Source: Macrostomum lignano
Lineage: Eukaryota
Assembly: GCA_002269645.1 (NCBI GenBank)
Contig: NIVC01000703.1
Location: 1 to 64,000 of the forward strand
DNA length: 64,000 nt
Reading direction: 5' to 3'
Position numbers and translations under genes: made by a program. The notes below the pieces were generated by a model. That model was not told the DNA's origin. It worked only from the letters and a program-made list of their open reading frames with translations, and ran no database searches. Shown in pieces: positions 1 through 20,828 of the stretch. Position 1 is the first letter of the stretch; each line of letters starts with the position of its first letter.

Positions 1-1192
1 TCCAACCCGTGTCGTGGCTCAGCCCGCTGGAAACTGGGCTCGGTGAGGGCGAGGGCGGGAACTCGGCCAACAGCTGGCTGTACGGGTCCGCAGCGGCGGC
101 TGCGGCGAGTTGCAATCCGGGCCCCGCGCGTCCAGCAGGTGCACGCTGCGCGGAGCGGGCGTCCAGGAGGCGCCGGTGCGGCAGGTCCACCAGCAGGCCG
201 TGGTGCCGCAGAAAGTCGGCGCCGATCAGCGGGCGGGAGACCTCGGCCAGAAGGAACGGCCAGGAGCAGCGCCGGATGCCGAGGTCCAACGTGAGCTGCG
301 GCCGAAGGTGCGGATCAGGCTGCCGTTGGCTGCGAAGAGCGGCGGGCCTGGCGAGTGCGAGCAGGCGGGCGTCGGAACCGGCGACGGGGAAAATGCTGAC
401 CTCGGCGCCGGTGTCGACCAGGAAACGCCGGCCGTCTGCACATCCGGGATGAGGAGCAGGCTGCTGCTGTTGCCGGCCGTCGAGCTGTTCACTGACGGCC
501 GCCTGCCCGTTTCCCTGGAAGCTGCACGGGAGTTCACAGCGGCGGGCTTTCGCACCGAAACGACGGTGAAAGAAACACAGGCCGTCGTCCTGGCGGTGCT
601 GCTGGGGCCGTCTCTGTCTGGCGCCCTTGCTGGCCGCCAAAGACTGCCGGCTGGGCTTGCTGGGCCGGCTCTACCGCCGGCTGCTGGACGGAGGCCGCCA
701 CCAGCTGCGGCCGGCTGGCCCAGAGCTTGTCTGCCTCCTGCGCTGCTGGGGGTCCGCGAAACTGACGGTTGTCATGGCGATGCGTAAGTTCCGGTGGCAA
801 CTGCTGGCGGAACAGCTCCTCGAATAGCAGGCAGGGGCGGTGGTTCCCCAGCAGGGCGAGCAACTCGTCCATCAGCTCGGAAGGCCGCCGGTCGCCGAGG
901 CCGGACATGCTGAGCAGGCGGCTGGCCCGCTGCTGAGGAGTCAAATCGAAAGTGCTGTTGAGGCGCTCCTTTAGCTGAGCGTACTTGTTCGCCTCCGGAT
1001 GAGCCTCGAGCACATCGAGCAGGCGCTTTGCTGTCTGCTGGTCAAGAGCTGCGACCAGATGGGCTCTTGGTCTCGTCCTGAGTGATGCCTCTCAGGGTAA
1101 ACTGAGCTTCAGCCGGATGAACCAGGCTCGAGGCTTGGCCGCCCAAAACGTGGGCAGCTTCAGGGACACAGCAGAGTCGGTTTGTTGGACCA
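1..1192 (-). mobile_element. Gypsy/Ty3-type LTR retrotransposon gag-protease region, frameshifted, running off the left end
   Basis: The minus strand reads MVQQTDSAVSLKLPTFWAAKPRAWF, a typical Gypsy gag N-terminus. It continues with QRASRLLSMSGLGDRRPSELMDELLALL (gag). After frameshifts it reads GRRFLVDTGAEVSIFP (aspartic protease DTG, ~430-385), LFAANGSLIRTFG and LGADF-like RPLIGADFLRHHGLLVDL. Confidence 0.88.
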
Positions 1193-1207
1193 TTGCACGA
1201 AATGGCT

Positions 1208-1330
1208 GCGTAGGACTCACCAATGAAGCTCTCAACCGTGCACCAGTCTGGCCGCCACAGTACATACTACAGTGATCCTGGGGCGAACCCGAGGTCGAGC
1301 TGCTGTCCATCATGTGGACTTTATTTGTGT
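1208..1330 (-). mobile_element. PBS-like site and 3' part of the 5' LTR of the Gypsy element
   Basis: The minus strand reads ...CTTCA(1224)-T-TGGTGAGTCCTACGC(1222-1208), i.e. an LTR CA end, a 1-nt spacer and a TGG-initiated PBS about 20 nt upstream of the gag ATG. There is an AATAAA on the minus strand at ~1319-1324. The LTR 5' end was not located. Confidence 0.55.
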
Positions 1331-1756
1331 GATTTTAATAGATTTAGCATTTTTAGTCTAAAAATTTAGTACTAGACACCGAGAAAGCGAATATTATATT
1401 GATCTACATTTACAACACACCGAAGTTGGAATCATATGCATAATCTATGAAGTTACTGCATGGCCCTGCATTCTACATGTGTACTACATAGTGTACAATC
1501 ATGATCAGCTCCATATCACTATCGGAGAATCTGTAGCAGGCTCTAGCCAAAGTGGCACAGAAATAGACGACACTAATCCAATACAATGTAATCTGGCATT
1601 AGATATAACTAGCAATCTTCGCCCCCCGATGGGGGACATCTGGATAGAATCTCTGTTCTCTACAATTAACAAAAGACAGCCAAAAAATCCTTCACAAAAG
1701 CAACAGACAAACTGCTAAAATGAAGTGAATTGCAATAAGAAATCTTCCCAAGACCA

Positions 1757-2291
1757 CAAGCATCCCCCAGATAGCAAGCATCCTCCAGATAGCAAGCATT
1801 CTCCCAGATAGCAAGCATTTCCCAGATAGCAAGCATCCCCAAGATAGCAAGCATCCTCCAGATAGCAAGCATCCCCAGATAGCAAGCATCCCCCAGATAG
1901 CAAGCATCCCCCAGATAGCAAACATCCCCCAGATAGCAAGCATTCCCAGATAGCAAGCATTCCGCAGATAGCAAGCATCCCCCAGATAGCAAGCATCCCC
2001 AAGATAGCAAGCATCCCTCAGATAGCAAGCATACCCCAAGATAGCAAGCATCCCTCAGATAGCAAGCATACCCAGATAGCAAGCATCCCCCAGATAGCAA
2101 GCATCACTCAGATAGCAAGCATCCCTCAGATAGCAAGCATCCCCCAGATAGCAAGCATCCCCCAGATAGCAAGCATTCCCCAGATAGCAAGCATTCCCCA
2201 GATAGCAAGCATCCCCCAGAAAGCAAGCATCCTCCAAGTAGCAAGCATCCCCAAGATAGATAGCATCCCCAAATAGCAACCATCCACCAGA
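1757..2291. repeat. Minisatellite, 18-19 bp unit CCCCCAGATAGCAAGCAT
   Basis: Directly visible tandem copies, about 28. Confidence 0.95.
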
Positions 2292-2389
2292 CAATAAGTA
2301 GCTAGAGCGACAATTTCCTTAGCTTTATAGTGGCTCCTTTAAATTGGCATGGCGCTTTATACCTTTACATTTGAAATTGGATATCTTGA

Positions 2390-5300
2390 ATGTTTGACAT
2401 GGTGGCTATTTTATGTTTGACATAGTGCATGTTTGACATGGTGGCTATTTTATGTTTGACATAGTGGCTCTTCTATGTTTGACATGGTGGCTCTTTTATG
2501 TTTGACATAGTGGCTCTTTTATGTTCGACATGGTGGCTCTTCTATGTTTGACATGGTGGCTTTTTTAGGTTTGACATGGTGGCTCTTTATGTTTGACATG
2601 TTGACTTTTTTATGTTCGACACGGTGGCTTTTAATGTTCGACATGGTGGCTCTTTTAGGTTTGAACCGGTGGCTCTTTAATGTTTGACATGGTGGCTCTT
2701 TAATGTTCGACATGGTGGCTCTTTTATGTTCGACATGGTGGCTCTTTAATGTTTGACATGGTGGCCCTTTAATGGTTAACATGGCGGCTCTTTAATTTTC
2801 GAAATGGTGGCTCCTTAATTTTCGAATGGTGGCTGTTTTATGTTTGACATGGTGGCTCTTTAATGTTCGACATGGTGGCTCTTTAATGTTTGACATGGTG
2901 GCCTTTAATGGTTAACATGGCGGCTCTTTAATTTTCGAAATGGTGGCTCCTTAATTTTCGAAATGGTGGCTGTTTTATGTTTGACATGGTGGCTCTTTAA
3001 TGTTCGACATGGTGGCTCTTTAATGTTTGACATGGTGTCTGTTTTATGTTTGATATGGTGGCTCTTTAATGTTCGACATGGTGGCTCTTACATGTTTGAC
3101 ATGGTAACTCTTTTATGTTTGATATGGTGGCTCTTTAATGTTCGACATGGTGGCTCTTTAATGTTCGACATGGTGGCTCTTTAATGTTCGACATGGTGGC
3201 TCTTTAATTTTTAACATGGTGGCTCTTTTATGTTCGACATGGTGGCTCTTTTATGTTTGACATAGTGGCTCTTCTATGTTTGACATGGTGGCTCTTTAAT
3301 GTTTGACATGGTGGCTCTATTATGTTTGACATGGTGGCTCTTCTATGTTTGACATGGTGGCTTTTTTAGGTTTGACATGGTGGCTCTTTTATGTTTGACA
3401 TGTTGGCTTTTTAATGTTCGACATGGTGGCTTTTTAATGTTCGACATGGTGGCTCCTTTAGGTTTGAAATGGTGGCTCTTTAATATTTGACAAGGTGGCT
3501 CTTTAATGTTCGACATGGTGGCTCTTTTAGGTTTGAACCGGTGGCTCTTTAATGTTTGACATGGTGTCTGTTTTATGTTTGACATGGTGGCTCTTTAATG
3601 TTCGACATGGTGGCTCTTTAATGTTCGACATGGTGGCTCTTTAATTTTTAACATGGTGACTCTTTTATGTTCGACATGGTGGCTCCTTAAGGTTTGAAAT
3701 ATTGGCTCTTTAATGTTTAACATGGTGGCTTTTCTATGTTCGACATGGTGGCTTTCTATGTTCGACATGGTGGCTCTTGTATGTTCGACATGGTGGCTCT
3801 TTTAATGGTCGACATGGTGGCTCTTTAATGTTCTTCATGTTGGCTCTTTTATGTTTGACATGGTGGCTTTTTTATGTTTGACATGGTGGCTCTTTTATGT
3901 TCTACATAGCTGCTCTTTTATGTTCGACATTGTGGCTCTTGTATGTTCGACAGGGTCGCTCTTTTAGGTTTGAAATGGTGGCTCTTTAATATTTGACAAG
4001 GTGGCCCTTTAATGTTTAACATGGCGGCTCTTAAATTTTCGAAATGGTGGCTGTTTTATATTTGACATGGTGGCTCTTTAATGTTCGACATGGTGGCTCT
4101 TTAATGTTCTTAATGGTGTCTGTTTTATGTTTGACATGGTTGCTCTTTTATGTTCGACATGGTGGCTCTTTAATTTTTAACATGGTAACTCTTTTATGTT
4201 TGATATGGTGGCTCTTTTATGTTCGACATGGTGGCTCTTGTATGTTCGACATGGTGGCTTCTTTAGGTTTGAAATGGTGGCTCTTTAATATTTGACAAGG
4301 TGGCTCTTTAATGTTCGACATGGTGGCTCTTTTAGGTTTGAAATGGTGGGTCTTTAATGCTTGACAATGTGGCTCTTTAATGTTTGACATGGTGGCTCTT
4401 TAATGTTCGACATGGTGGCTCTTTAATGTTTGACATGGTAACTCTTTTATGTTTGATATGGTGGCTCTTTTATGTTCGACATGGTGGCTCTTTAATGTTT
4501 GACATGGTGGCTCTTTAATGTTTGACATGGTAACTCTTTTATGTTTGATATGGTGGCTCTTTTATGTTCGACATGGTGGCTCTTGTATGTTCGACATGGT
4601 GGCTTCTTTAGGTTTGAAATGGTGGCTCTTTAATATTTGACAAGGTGGCTCTTTAATGTTTGACATGGTGGCTCTTTAATGTTTGACATGGTGGCTCTTT
4701 TAGGTTTGAAATGGTGGCTTTTTAATGTTTGACAATGTGGCTCTTTAATGTTTGACATGGTGGCTTTTTAATGTTCGACATGGTGGCTCTTTTAGGTTTG
4801 AACCGGTGGCTCTTTAATGTTTGACATGGTGGCTCTTTAATGTTTGACATGGTGTCTGTTTTATGTTTGACATGGTGGCTCTTTAATGTTCGACATGGTG
4901 GCTCTTTAATGTTTGAAATGGTGGCTCTTTAATGTTCGACATGGTGGCTCTTTAATTTTTAACATGGTGACTCTTTTATGTTCGACATGGTGGCTCCTTT
5001 AGGTTTGAAATATTGGCTCTTTAATGTTTAACATGGTGGCTTTTCTATGTTCGACATGGTGGCTTTTCTATGTTCGACATGGTGGCTCTTGTATGTTCGA
5101 CATGGTGGCTCTTTTATGTTCGACATGGTGGCTCTTGTATGTTCGACAGGGTCGCTCTTTTAGGTTTGAAATGGTGGCTCTTTAATATTTGACAAGGTGG
5201 CCCTTTAATGTTTAACATAGCGGCTCTTAAATTTTCGAAATGGTGGCTCCTTAATTTTCGAAATGGTGGCTGTTTTAGGTTTGACATGGTGGCTCTTTAA

Positions 5301-8300
5301 TGTTCTTAATGGTGTCTGTTTTATGTTTGACATGGTGGCTCTTTAATTTTTAACATGGTGGCTCTTTTAGGTTTGAAACGGTGGCTCTTTAATGTTTGAC
5401 ATGGTGGCTTTTCTATGTTCGACATGGTGGCTCTTGTATGTTCGACATGGTGGCTTCTTTAGGTTTGAAATGGTGGCTCTTTAATATTTGACAAGGTGGC
5501 TCTTTAATGTTCGACATGGTGGCTCTTTAATGTTTGACATGGTGGCTCTTTTAGGTTTGAAATGGTGGGTCTTTAATGCTTGACAATGTGGCTCTTTAAT
5601 GTTTGACATGGTGGCTCTTTAATGTTCGACATGGTGGCTCTTTAATGTTTGACATGGTAACTCTTTTATGTTTAATATGGTGGCTCTTTTATGTTCGACA
5701 TGGTGGCTCTTTAATGTTTGACATGGTGGCTATTGAATGTTTGACATGGTAACTATTTTAGGTTTGAAATGGTGGGTCTTTAATGCTTGACAATGTGGCT
5801 CTTTAATGTTTGACATGGTGGCTATTGAATGTTCGACATGGTTGCTCTTTAATGTTCGACATGGTGGCTCTTTAATGTTTGACATGGTAACTCTTTTATG
5901 TTTGATATGGTGGCTCTTTTATGTTCGACATGGTGGCTCTTTAATTTTCGACATGGTGGCTCCTTTAGGTTTGAAATGGTGGCTCTTTAATGTTTGACAT
6001 GGTGGCTCTTCTATGTTCGACATGGTGGCTCTTGTATGTTCGACATGGTGGCTCTTTAATTTTTAACATGGTAACTCTTTTATGTTCGACATGGTGGCTC
6101 CTTAAGGTTTGAAATATTGGCTCTTTAATGTTTAACATGGTGGCTTTTCTATGTTCGACATGGTGGCTTTTCTATGTTCGACATGGTGGCTCTTGTATGT
6201 TCGACATGGTGGCTCTTTTAATGGTCGACATGGTGGCTCTTTAATGTTCTTCATGTTGGCTCTTTTATGTTTGACATGGTGGCTTTTTTATGTTTGACAT
6301 GGTGGCTCTTTTATGTTCTACATAGCTGCTCTTTTATGTTCGACATTGTGGCTCTTGTATGTTCGACAGGGTCGCTCTTTTAGGTTTGAAATGGTGGCTC
6401 TTTAATATTTGACAAGGTGGCCCTTTAATGTTTAACATGGCGGCTCTTAAATTTTCGAAATGGTGGCTGTTTTATATTTGACATGGTGGCTCTTTAATGT
6501 TCGACATGGTGGCTCTTTAATGTTCTTAATGGTGTCTGTTTTATGTTTGACATGGTTGCTCTTTTATGTTCGACATGGTGGCTCTTTAATTTTTAACATG
6601 GTAACTCTTTTATGTTTGATATGGTGGCTCTTTTATGTTCGACATGGTGGCTCTTGTATGTTCGACATGGTGGCTTCTTTAGGTTTGAAATGGTGGCTCT
6701 TTAATATTTGACAAGGTGGCTCTTTAATGTTCGACATGGTGGCTCTTTTAGGTTTGAAATGGTGGGTCTTTAATGCTTGACAATGTGGCTCTTTAATGTT
6801 TGACATGGTGGCTCTTTAATGTTCGACATGGTGGCTCTTTAATGTTTGACATGGTAACTCTTTTATGTTTGATATGGTGGCTCTTTTATGTTCGACATGG
6901 TGGCTCTTTAATGTTTGACATGGTGGCTCTTTAATGTTTGACATGGTAACTCTTTATGTTTGATATGGTGGCTCTTTTATGTTCGACATGGTGGCTCTTG
7001 TATGTTCGACATGGTGGCTTCTTTAGGTTTGAAATGGTGGCTCTTTAATATTTGACAAGGTGGCTCTTTAATGTTTGACATGGTGGCTTTTTAATGTTCG
7101 ACATGGTGGCTCTTTTAGGTTTGAACCGGTGGCTCTTTAATGTTTGACATGGTGGCTCTTTAATGTTTGACATGGTGTCTGTTTTATGTTTGACATGGTG
7201 GCTCTTTAATGTTCGACATGGTGGCTCTTTTAGGTTTGAACCGGTGGCTCTTTAATGTTTGACATGGTGGCTCTTTAATGTTTGAAATGGTGGCTCTTTA
7301 ATGTTCGACATGGTGGCTCTTTAATTTTTAACATGGTGACTCTTTTATGTTCGACATGGTGGCTCCTTTAGGTTTGAAATATTGGCTCTTTAATGTTTAA
7401 CATGGTGGCTTTTCTATGTTCGACATGGTGGCTTTTCTATGTTCGACATGGTGGCTCTTGTATGTTCGACATGGTGGCTCTTTTATGTTCGACATGGTGG
7501 CTCTTGTATGTTCGACAGGGTCGCTCTTTTAGGTTTGAAATGGTGGCTCTTTAATATTTGACAAGGTGGCCCTTTAATGTTTAACATAGCGGCTCTTAAA
7601 TTTTCGAAATGGTGGCTCCTTAATTTTCGAAATGGTGGCTGTTTTAGGTTTGACATGGTGGCTCTTTAATGTTCTTAATGGTGTCTGTTTTATGTTTGAC
7701 ATGGTGGCTCTTTAATTTTTAACATGGTGGCTCTTTTAGGTTTGAAACGGTGGCTCTTTAATGTTTGACATGGTGGCTTTTCTATGTTCGACATGGTGGC
7801 TCTTGTATGTTCGACATGGTGGCTTCTTTAGGTTTGAAATGGTGGCTCTTTAATATTTGACAAGGTGGCTCTTTAATGTTCGACATGGTGGCTCTTTAAT
7901 GTTTGACATGGTGGCTCTTTTAGGTTTGAAATGGTGGGTCTTTAATGCTTGACAATGTGGCTCTTTAATGTTTGACATGGTGGCTCTTTAATGTTCGACA
8001 TGGTGGCTCTTTAATGTTTGACATGGTAACTCTTTTATGTTTAATATGGTGGCTCTTTTATGTTCGACATGGTGGCTCTTTAATGTTTGACATGGTGGCT
8101 ATTGAATGTTTGACATGGTAACTATTTTAGGTTTGAAATGGTGGGTCTTTAATGCTTGACAATGTGGCTCTTTAATGTTTGACATGGTGGCTATTGAATG
8201 TTCGACATGGTTGCTCTTTAATGTTCGACATGGTGGCTCTTTAATGTTTGACATGGTAACTCTTTTATGTTTGATATGGTGGCTCTTTTATGTTCGACAT

Positions 8301-8545
8301 GGTGGCTCTTTAATTTTCGACATGGTGGCTCCTTTAGGTTTGAAATGGTGGCTCTTTAATGTTTGACATGGTGGCTCTTCTATGTTCGACATGGTGGCTC
8401 TTTAATGTTCGACATGGTGGCTCTTTAATTTTTAACATGGTAACTCTTTTATGTTCGATATGGTGGCTCTTTTATGTTCGACATGGTGGTTCTTTAATGT
8501 TCGACATGGTGGCTCCTTTAGGTTTGACATGGTGGCTCTTCTATT
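2390..8545. repeat. Satellite, ~21 bp unit TGTTYGACATGGTGGCTCTTTWA, with ~1.2 kb and ~2.4 kb higher-order structure
   Basis: About 6.1 kb of tandem units. The rare variant CAGGGTCGCT recurs at 3951, 5147, 6367 and 7516. Identical ORFs recur at 4044/6460 and 5806/8175. Confidence 0.97.
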
Positions 8546-8604
8546 GCGCTTTTTTTATGTTTAGCAGTTTTTTTGTTTTTAAGGTGTTTTAATAAAAAAA
8601 TTAT

Positions 8605-8672
8605 TTTGCGCTTCTAAGATTCGAACCCAGGTCGCTACATTAGCATTCCAGTCTGTTCGCATCAGGGCTATC
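8605..8672 (-). other. Degenerate tRNA-derived (SINE-head-like) sequence
   Basis: The minus strand has GGGTTCGAATC (B-box, 8628-8618) preceded by gcgacct, plus an A-box-like TAGCCCTGATG. It does not fold as a complete tRNA. Confidence 0.35.
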
Positions 8673-9039
8673 TCTTTTCAATTGGAGAACATGAATTGTG
8701 GCCCTTATAATTCAATTCTTACAGCAAGTCAATTGGAGTAAAAAGTTATGACATAATCAATTTCTCAGTCAGCCAGTATCAGTCTCACTTCGAGTTAGCA
8801 ATATGGTTACGCAATTTCAATCAAGTCGTGTGTGCATTTCTTCGGCACTGTTTTCAACTTGTTGTGATGCAATCTTTATCAGAATTGAAATTCAGTCAGT
8901 CAGTTTTTTCTCTAGCATTCTTACAATGCATTTCAAGTCGAAAATTTGGCTTGACCTTTGCAAAAAAGCGTGTTTTTCGAATATTTAATCCCTTTAACAT
9001 TGAGCAATTTCTTAGCCAAGATGCATGTACTGTGCCAGG

Positions 9040-9158
9040 AAAATTTCTGATCGAATGATGCAAGTTTGAAGAAAATCGGTTGAGCCGTTTTTTCTGAAAT
9101 CAATCGCATACCCATATACATACATACATACAGACAACTCATTTTTAGTATATAGGAT
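9040..9158 (+). mobile_element. Helitron/Helentron-like non-autonomous element end
   Basis: The sequence AAGTTTGAAGAAAATCGGTTGAGCCGTTT...(CATA)n CAGAC...TTTTAGTATATAGGAT resembles the ends of invertebrate non-autonomous rolling-circle elements. This rests on family resemblance only. Confidence 0.4.
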
Positions 9159-9516
9159 GATACTTGATACGCAATATACATGTACCTGTTCGCGAAAAAA
9201 ATTTGCAATGTCGGATGAACTAAAATGAAGTAAAACAATATTATGGTAAATTATAGATAAAGTACATTGATAATGTATTTAAAAAGTACGAAAAAAGTTT
9301 AAAAACCATGAGTTTTACTTAAATTTTTGTTTAATTTATGATTAGAGTTGAACGCAGGTCCGAAATAAAATTCGAAATTTATTTTTTATTATCGTGGGGC
9401 CCCTTGCAGACTTCTGCCAGTCGTTATTAATCTAAGTCGTATGAAGTTTTACCCGCCACAGCAATACTGAGTTATCTGGATTACGAGCGCAAAACCTATT
9501 TCTGTCGAGGGTGGAA

Positions 9517-16876
<7,360 letters not shown>

Positions 16877-19317
16877 GGACTCAGGCGTGCGCTGAAGAGC
16901 GGCATCCTAATTGCATAGCAACGGGAAAATTTATTGCTTTGCTTTTGTTCGGGCTCTGCTGACAAACTATAAATCTTATTTTAGTTTTATTAGGCTTAAA
17001 AAATTCCCGTTGCTACGCAATCTGGGTCACAAAAGAAAGACTGACTGGGAAGTTGATTTTGGGAATTTTCAACTTCTTCCCCTGACATCGGTAAACTGCC
17101 TAAAGTCAAAGTTTTAAAACAATAACTTGAAGCAGAAATTCACTGATTAACCAAGCTGGTTCTGAAGTTCTTAGGATTAAAGTTTCACGAGATGATGCTT
17201 TGCTATTGTTTCTACTTATCGATTGAGTGTCAGTAGTCTGTTAGGAGTTTGCCGCTTAAAAATAGTCCTATATGCAAGCTATACTGCAGATAGCGCGACT
17301 TTGCTGCTGCAGAGTCGGGCAGATTCCGAGCGGTTGGGAGCTGAATGCTGAGCATTATTTAAACTCGTTAGCGTATTCTGCGTGCGCTGATTCCGCTTTT
17401 TAACTTTGTATAATTTTAGTGGGTTTGAAAGCAGCGAACAGTTGCATAATCACTTAGCTCATCCGCGTCTCCTAGTCATCACTAGTTTTATTTTCCTATA
17501 TTCAACATTTCTGTTTATCTTTTATTAGTTACTATAAATCTCGCGTTATTTCCTGTTGTTGATGACTAATTTTCTCTTGCAGCATTAATTATAATTTATT
17601 ATATTTTGCTAGACTTTATCGATTTCCAGTTTAACTATGGCTTATACTCGTGTCACCATTGGGAACATATTCTCTGATTTGATTCTGGGTTTTTTAGCAA
17701 ATTTGTCGAGAATTTTTCACCTTGGCTTTTCTGTCCGCATATTTATCAACTACTGGACTGCTCCAGCTCCAACTGTGTTCAAGCTGCCTGCTGTGATCCC
17801 ATAGCTATTTTTATTGAGTTTATTAGTCACACTGGAATGCTGCATCAACTCTACATGAAAATGTTATATCATTTTTATTTGTTTCCTGTTCCAACATGTT
17901 TTTTTCGAGCTATTTCAGTTTGAAGTTGTGCTTTTATTAGAACACAATTCTCTGCCTCCTGCGACGGGTACACAGTTACGATTCCTGCAATTTACTAAGC
18001 TTTTAATCCCTGTCACTTGATATTATTTACCCTTTAGGCACACAGTTTGCTATATTAGTCTGCTTTCACAAAAACACTGTTCCCTCTCCCTTAGCTGGCA
18101 AAGTTCTCTTCAAGTTGCCTCCGACAACAATGAGATCTTTTGTTCCGACTGAAAGCATCAATCCACACTTTGAATACTTTGCTCACACCGACCGTGTACA
18201 TTTGAATGCTGATTTACTCCTTTATTCGATTCATTATTTATTATGCTTCAAGATATCATTTTAGCAGCTCTTTGATAGTTGTTTCCATATTTAATACGAA
18301 TATATCAATATTTAAGTTCATTTAACAACTGTTGTCGCAGTACAGAAACATCGGATGCGCTTCCTTCTGACTCGGCTCTCACTGTCTTGAAACCGATTTT
18401 CCATGTGCTGCAGTTGTTGAGCACCATTTTAGGTTTTCGAGTTCGTACTCGTACGTACGAACTCAATAATGCTGAGTATCTAGAGAAAAGAACCTGCAAC
18501 CTGCGCTGACGGCAATTCTGACCGTTTTGCTGGCTCCTGAGCACATTCAAGCCCGCGAATACTGTACAGAGGCACGCACTCATACACATGTACACTCGGT
18601 GTCTTGTTGTTGGCCCTGATAAGTGTGAATCTCAAGACAGCCCCCGATCAATTTTATGTAGAAGCCTCAAATTTATGTGGCCGCGCATGCACAGAATCGA
18701 ACCAGGGGTCAGACGCGTTTACCGCTGAGCTTGCTCTGCCCCTCCCCTGCATTTTCTTGCCAACTGTACTTACAGTCTCTGGAGAGTTTCGCTATAGACA
18801 AATTTGTTCGAGAAAAATCCTCTCTAGAGACATTAAATATCTCGAGAGCATACGTATCGATATGGCAAATACCCGTTCCTTACCGCGGCGTCCTGGCTCA
18901 TTTCCAAGCGTAGTGTCATTCTACATGTACTTCCGCTGTTCATGATTGCGCATAAGCCTAACACTGACTTTAACATCCTTAAAATAAATGAGACCCTCTT
19001 AAACTCGATTCTAAAATAGTTAAGAATGAGACGAAATAATAAAGGTGGTTTATAGCACTTAGCAAAAAAATCGTGTATTTGCGTGACAAATTTTCCTAGC
19101 AGTTTTGTTAACAAAAGTCGAAAGATTAATAATAATATGAATTTTTCACACGCACGTAAACGTATTTTTTAAAAATGCGAGAAACTTTGAAAGTAAGATT
19201 TTTCTATACACCTGTTTTGAAATGTTTGATTAAACTCCTTTCCCTTGTACGAGTACGAATACACATTTCAGGGAGCGCAAAAACTTATAAGTAGAAATGA
19301 TTTTTTACGGTCATACA

Positions 19318-19460
19318 TGTACAATCAAGCACAGATTAAACAAATTTACAATCAAGCACAGATTAAACAAATTTACAATCAAGCACAGATTAAACAAATT
19401 TACAATCAAGCACAGATTAAACAAATTTACAATCAAGCACAGATTAAACAAATTTACAAT
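19318..19460. repeat. 27 bp tandem repeat ACAATCAAGCACAGATTAAACAAATTT
   Basis: About 5 near-perfect copies. Confidence 0.9.
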
Positions 19461-19844
19461 TAAGTACACAAATTAAAAGCTAAATAACGTTAGTTGTTTG
19501 AAAAAAAGTTAAATTGAAAGCTAAAAAAAGGGTTTGGTTAGTCACCGCCGTCAAAATTAATGCCGATTGCAGAATCATCAAAGTCTCGTCATGGCGGTGC
19601 AGAGCCTGTTGGTTCCGCTGCTGTCGGCATGCTACAGCCGGCTGGTAGTTGACAATTCTATTTACACTGTTGTCCATTACCTATACTACTCAGGTTCCAC
19701 TCACAGTTACTCGTCTACCTTCACTGAAACATCTCAATGCTGCTATTTCTCCCTAATTTAGCTGAAATATATTACACTCGAAGCACTTTTGCAGCTGGCA
19801 CAACTAATTCTGTCGTGATTGTTACGGCAAACTCGTATCGGAAC

Positions 19845-20828
19845 TTAATTGGTAAATTGCATCGGAATGCAAATACCTGTGTTCAGAATCATGGTTCCGT
19901 TGCTAAAGTTCATGCTCTCACAAAAGTTCATGAAAAAGTCCATTCCCAAGATGTCATCGCACTCATGACTGCATAGCAAGAAGTCTGTCTCAACTTCTAC
20001 CTCTTCGAACTCTATTGTCACCGAAACTTCTCCTTCAATTTGAACATCCGATCCATCGAAAGTGATCACTCTTCTATCGGATGGTCGAATTTCTTGGTCC
20101 CTGCATACTTCTCTCCAGGTGCTTCTACTTAGGAAGTTATTACCAGCTCCGGTGTCTAACAGAAAGCGAATGTTCTGTGTACGAATTCTTCCATCGATTA
20201 CCGCTTCTCTAGATTTCGTCTTCGCATCATCACTTGTACTTGGCTCTTCATTTGCACTTTCATGCAGCTTAATGCACTCTCCTGCTGGGCTTGGAGTACT
20301 TTTCTCTTCCTCCTCACTACATACTTCAGAATAGCAATCGGATGCGCGCATAGTATCTACATCCGGCAGCGTAGGAGCATTTGCGTGATTTCTGCTTGGT
20401 CTTCTGAACTGATTATAGTCTTCAAATGGCTTGTACATGCACGCATACTGTTTGCTACATTGGTACGCATTTGCTACAGAATCAAAGGCCTGAATTTTGC
20501 TTCTTGATTTGCTAAATCGGCGCGGCCTCGTTACACGGCCCTCGCTTAGCTTCCTTGGATTGTTCTGCTTAGCACTCCTGCAGTGCCTCGCGATGTGACC
20601 AATCTTCCCGCAGTTGTAGCAAGTCAGCGGCTGACGTCGCGGCTGACCCGAGTTCGGGTGCTGCTGCAGCTGGGCAAAAATCTGCTGTCGTGACTGCAGT
20701 ACTCCGTTGGCATACTGTGGCGGAACGGGCTGCTGCTGCTTCTGCTGGAACCCTCGCGGATACTGTCTAACAGCTGGTGCTGACGAATACACGTAGTTCT
20801 TTGGATATTGTGAGTGACTATCCTGCAT
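19845..20828 (-). mobile_element. LTR retrotransposon gag C-terminus (CCHC zinc knuckle) plus aspartic protease ORF, with no pol following
   Basis: The 327-aa ORF contains CYNCGKIGHIARHC, RFLLDTGAGNNFLS and DDILGMDF. The downstream sequence has stops in the frames read and no RT motif. Confidence 0.88.

Noticed and set aside
9-787. + strand ORFs 9-452 and 110-787
   Set aside because: They are antisense shadows of the GC-rich Gypsy gag-protease on the minus strand.
8605-8672. Functional tRNA gene
   Set aside because: A B-box is present, but I could not form acceptor, D or anticodon stems.
17000-19500. 3' LTR or pol of the 19845-20949 retroelement
   Set aside because: I found no copy of the LTR end (TGTTGCAG on +) and no RT, RNase H or integrase motifs.
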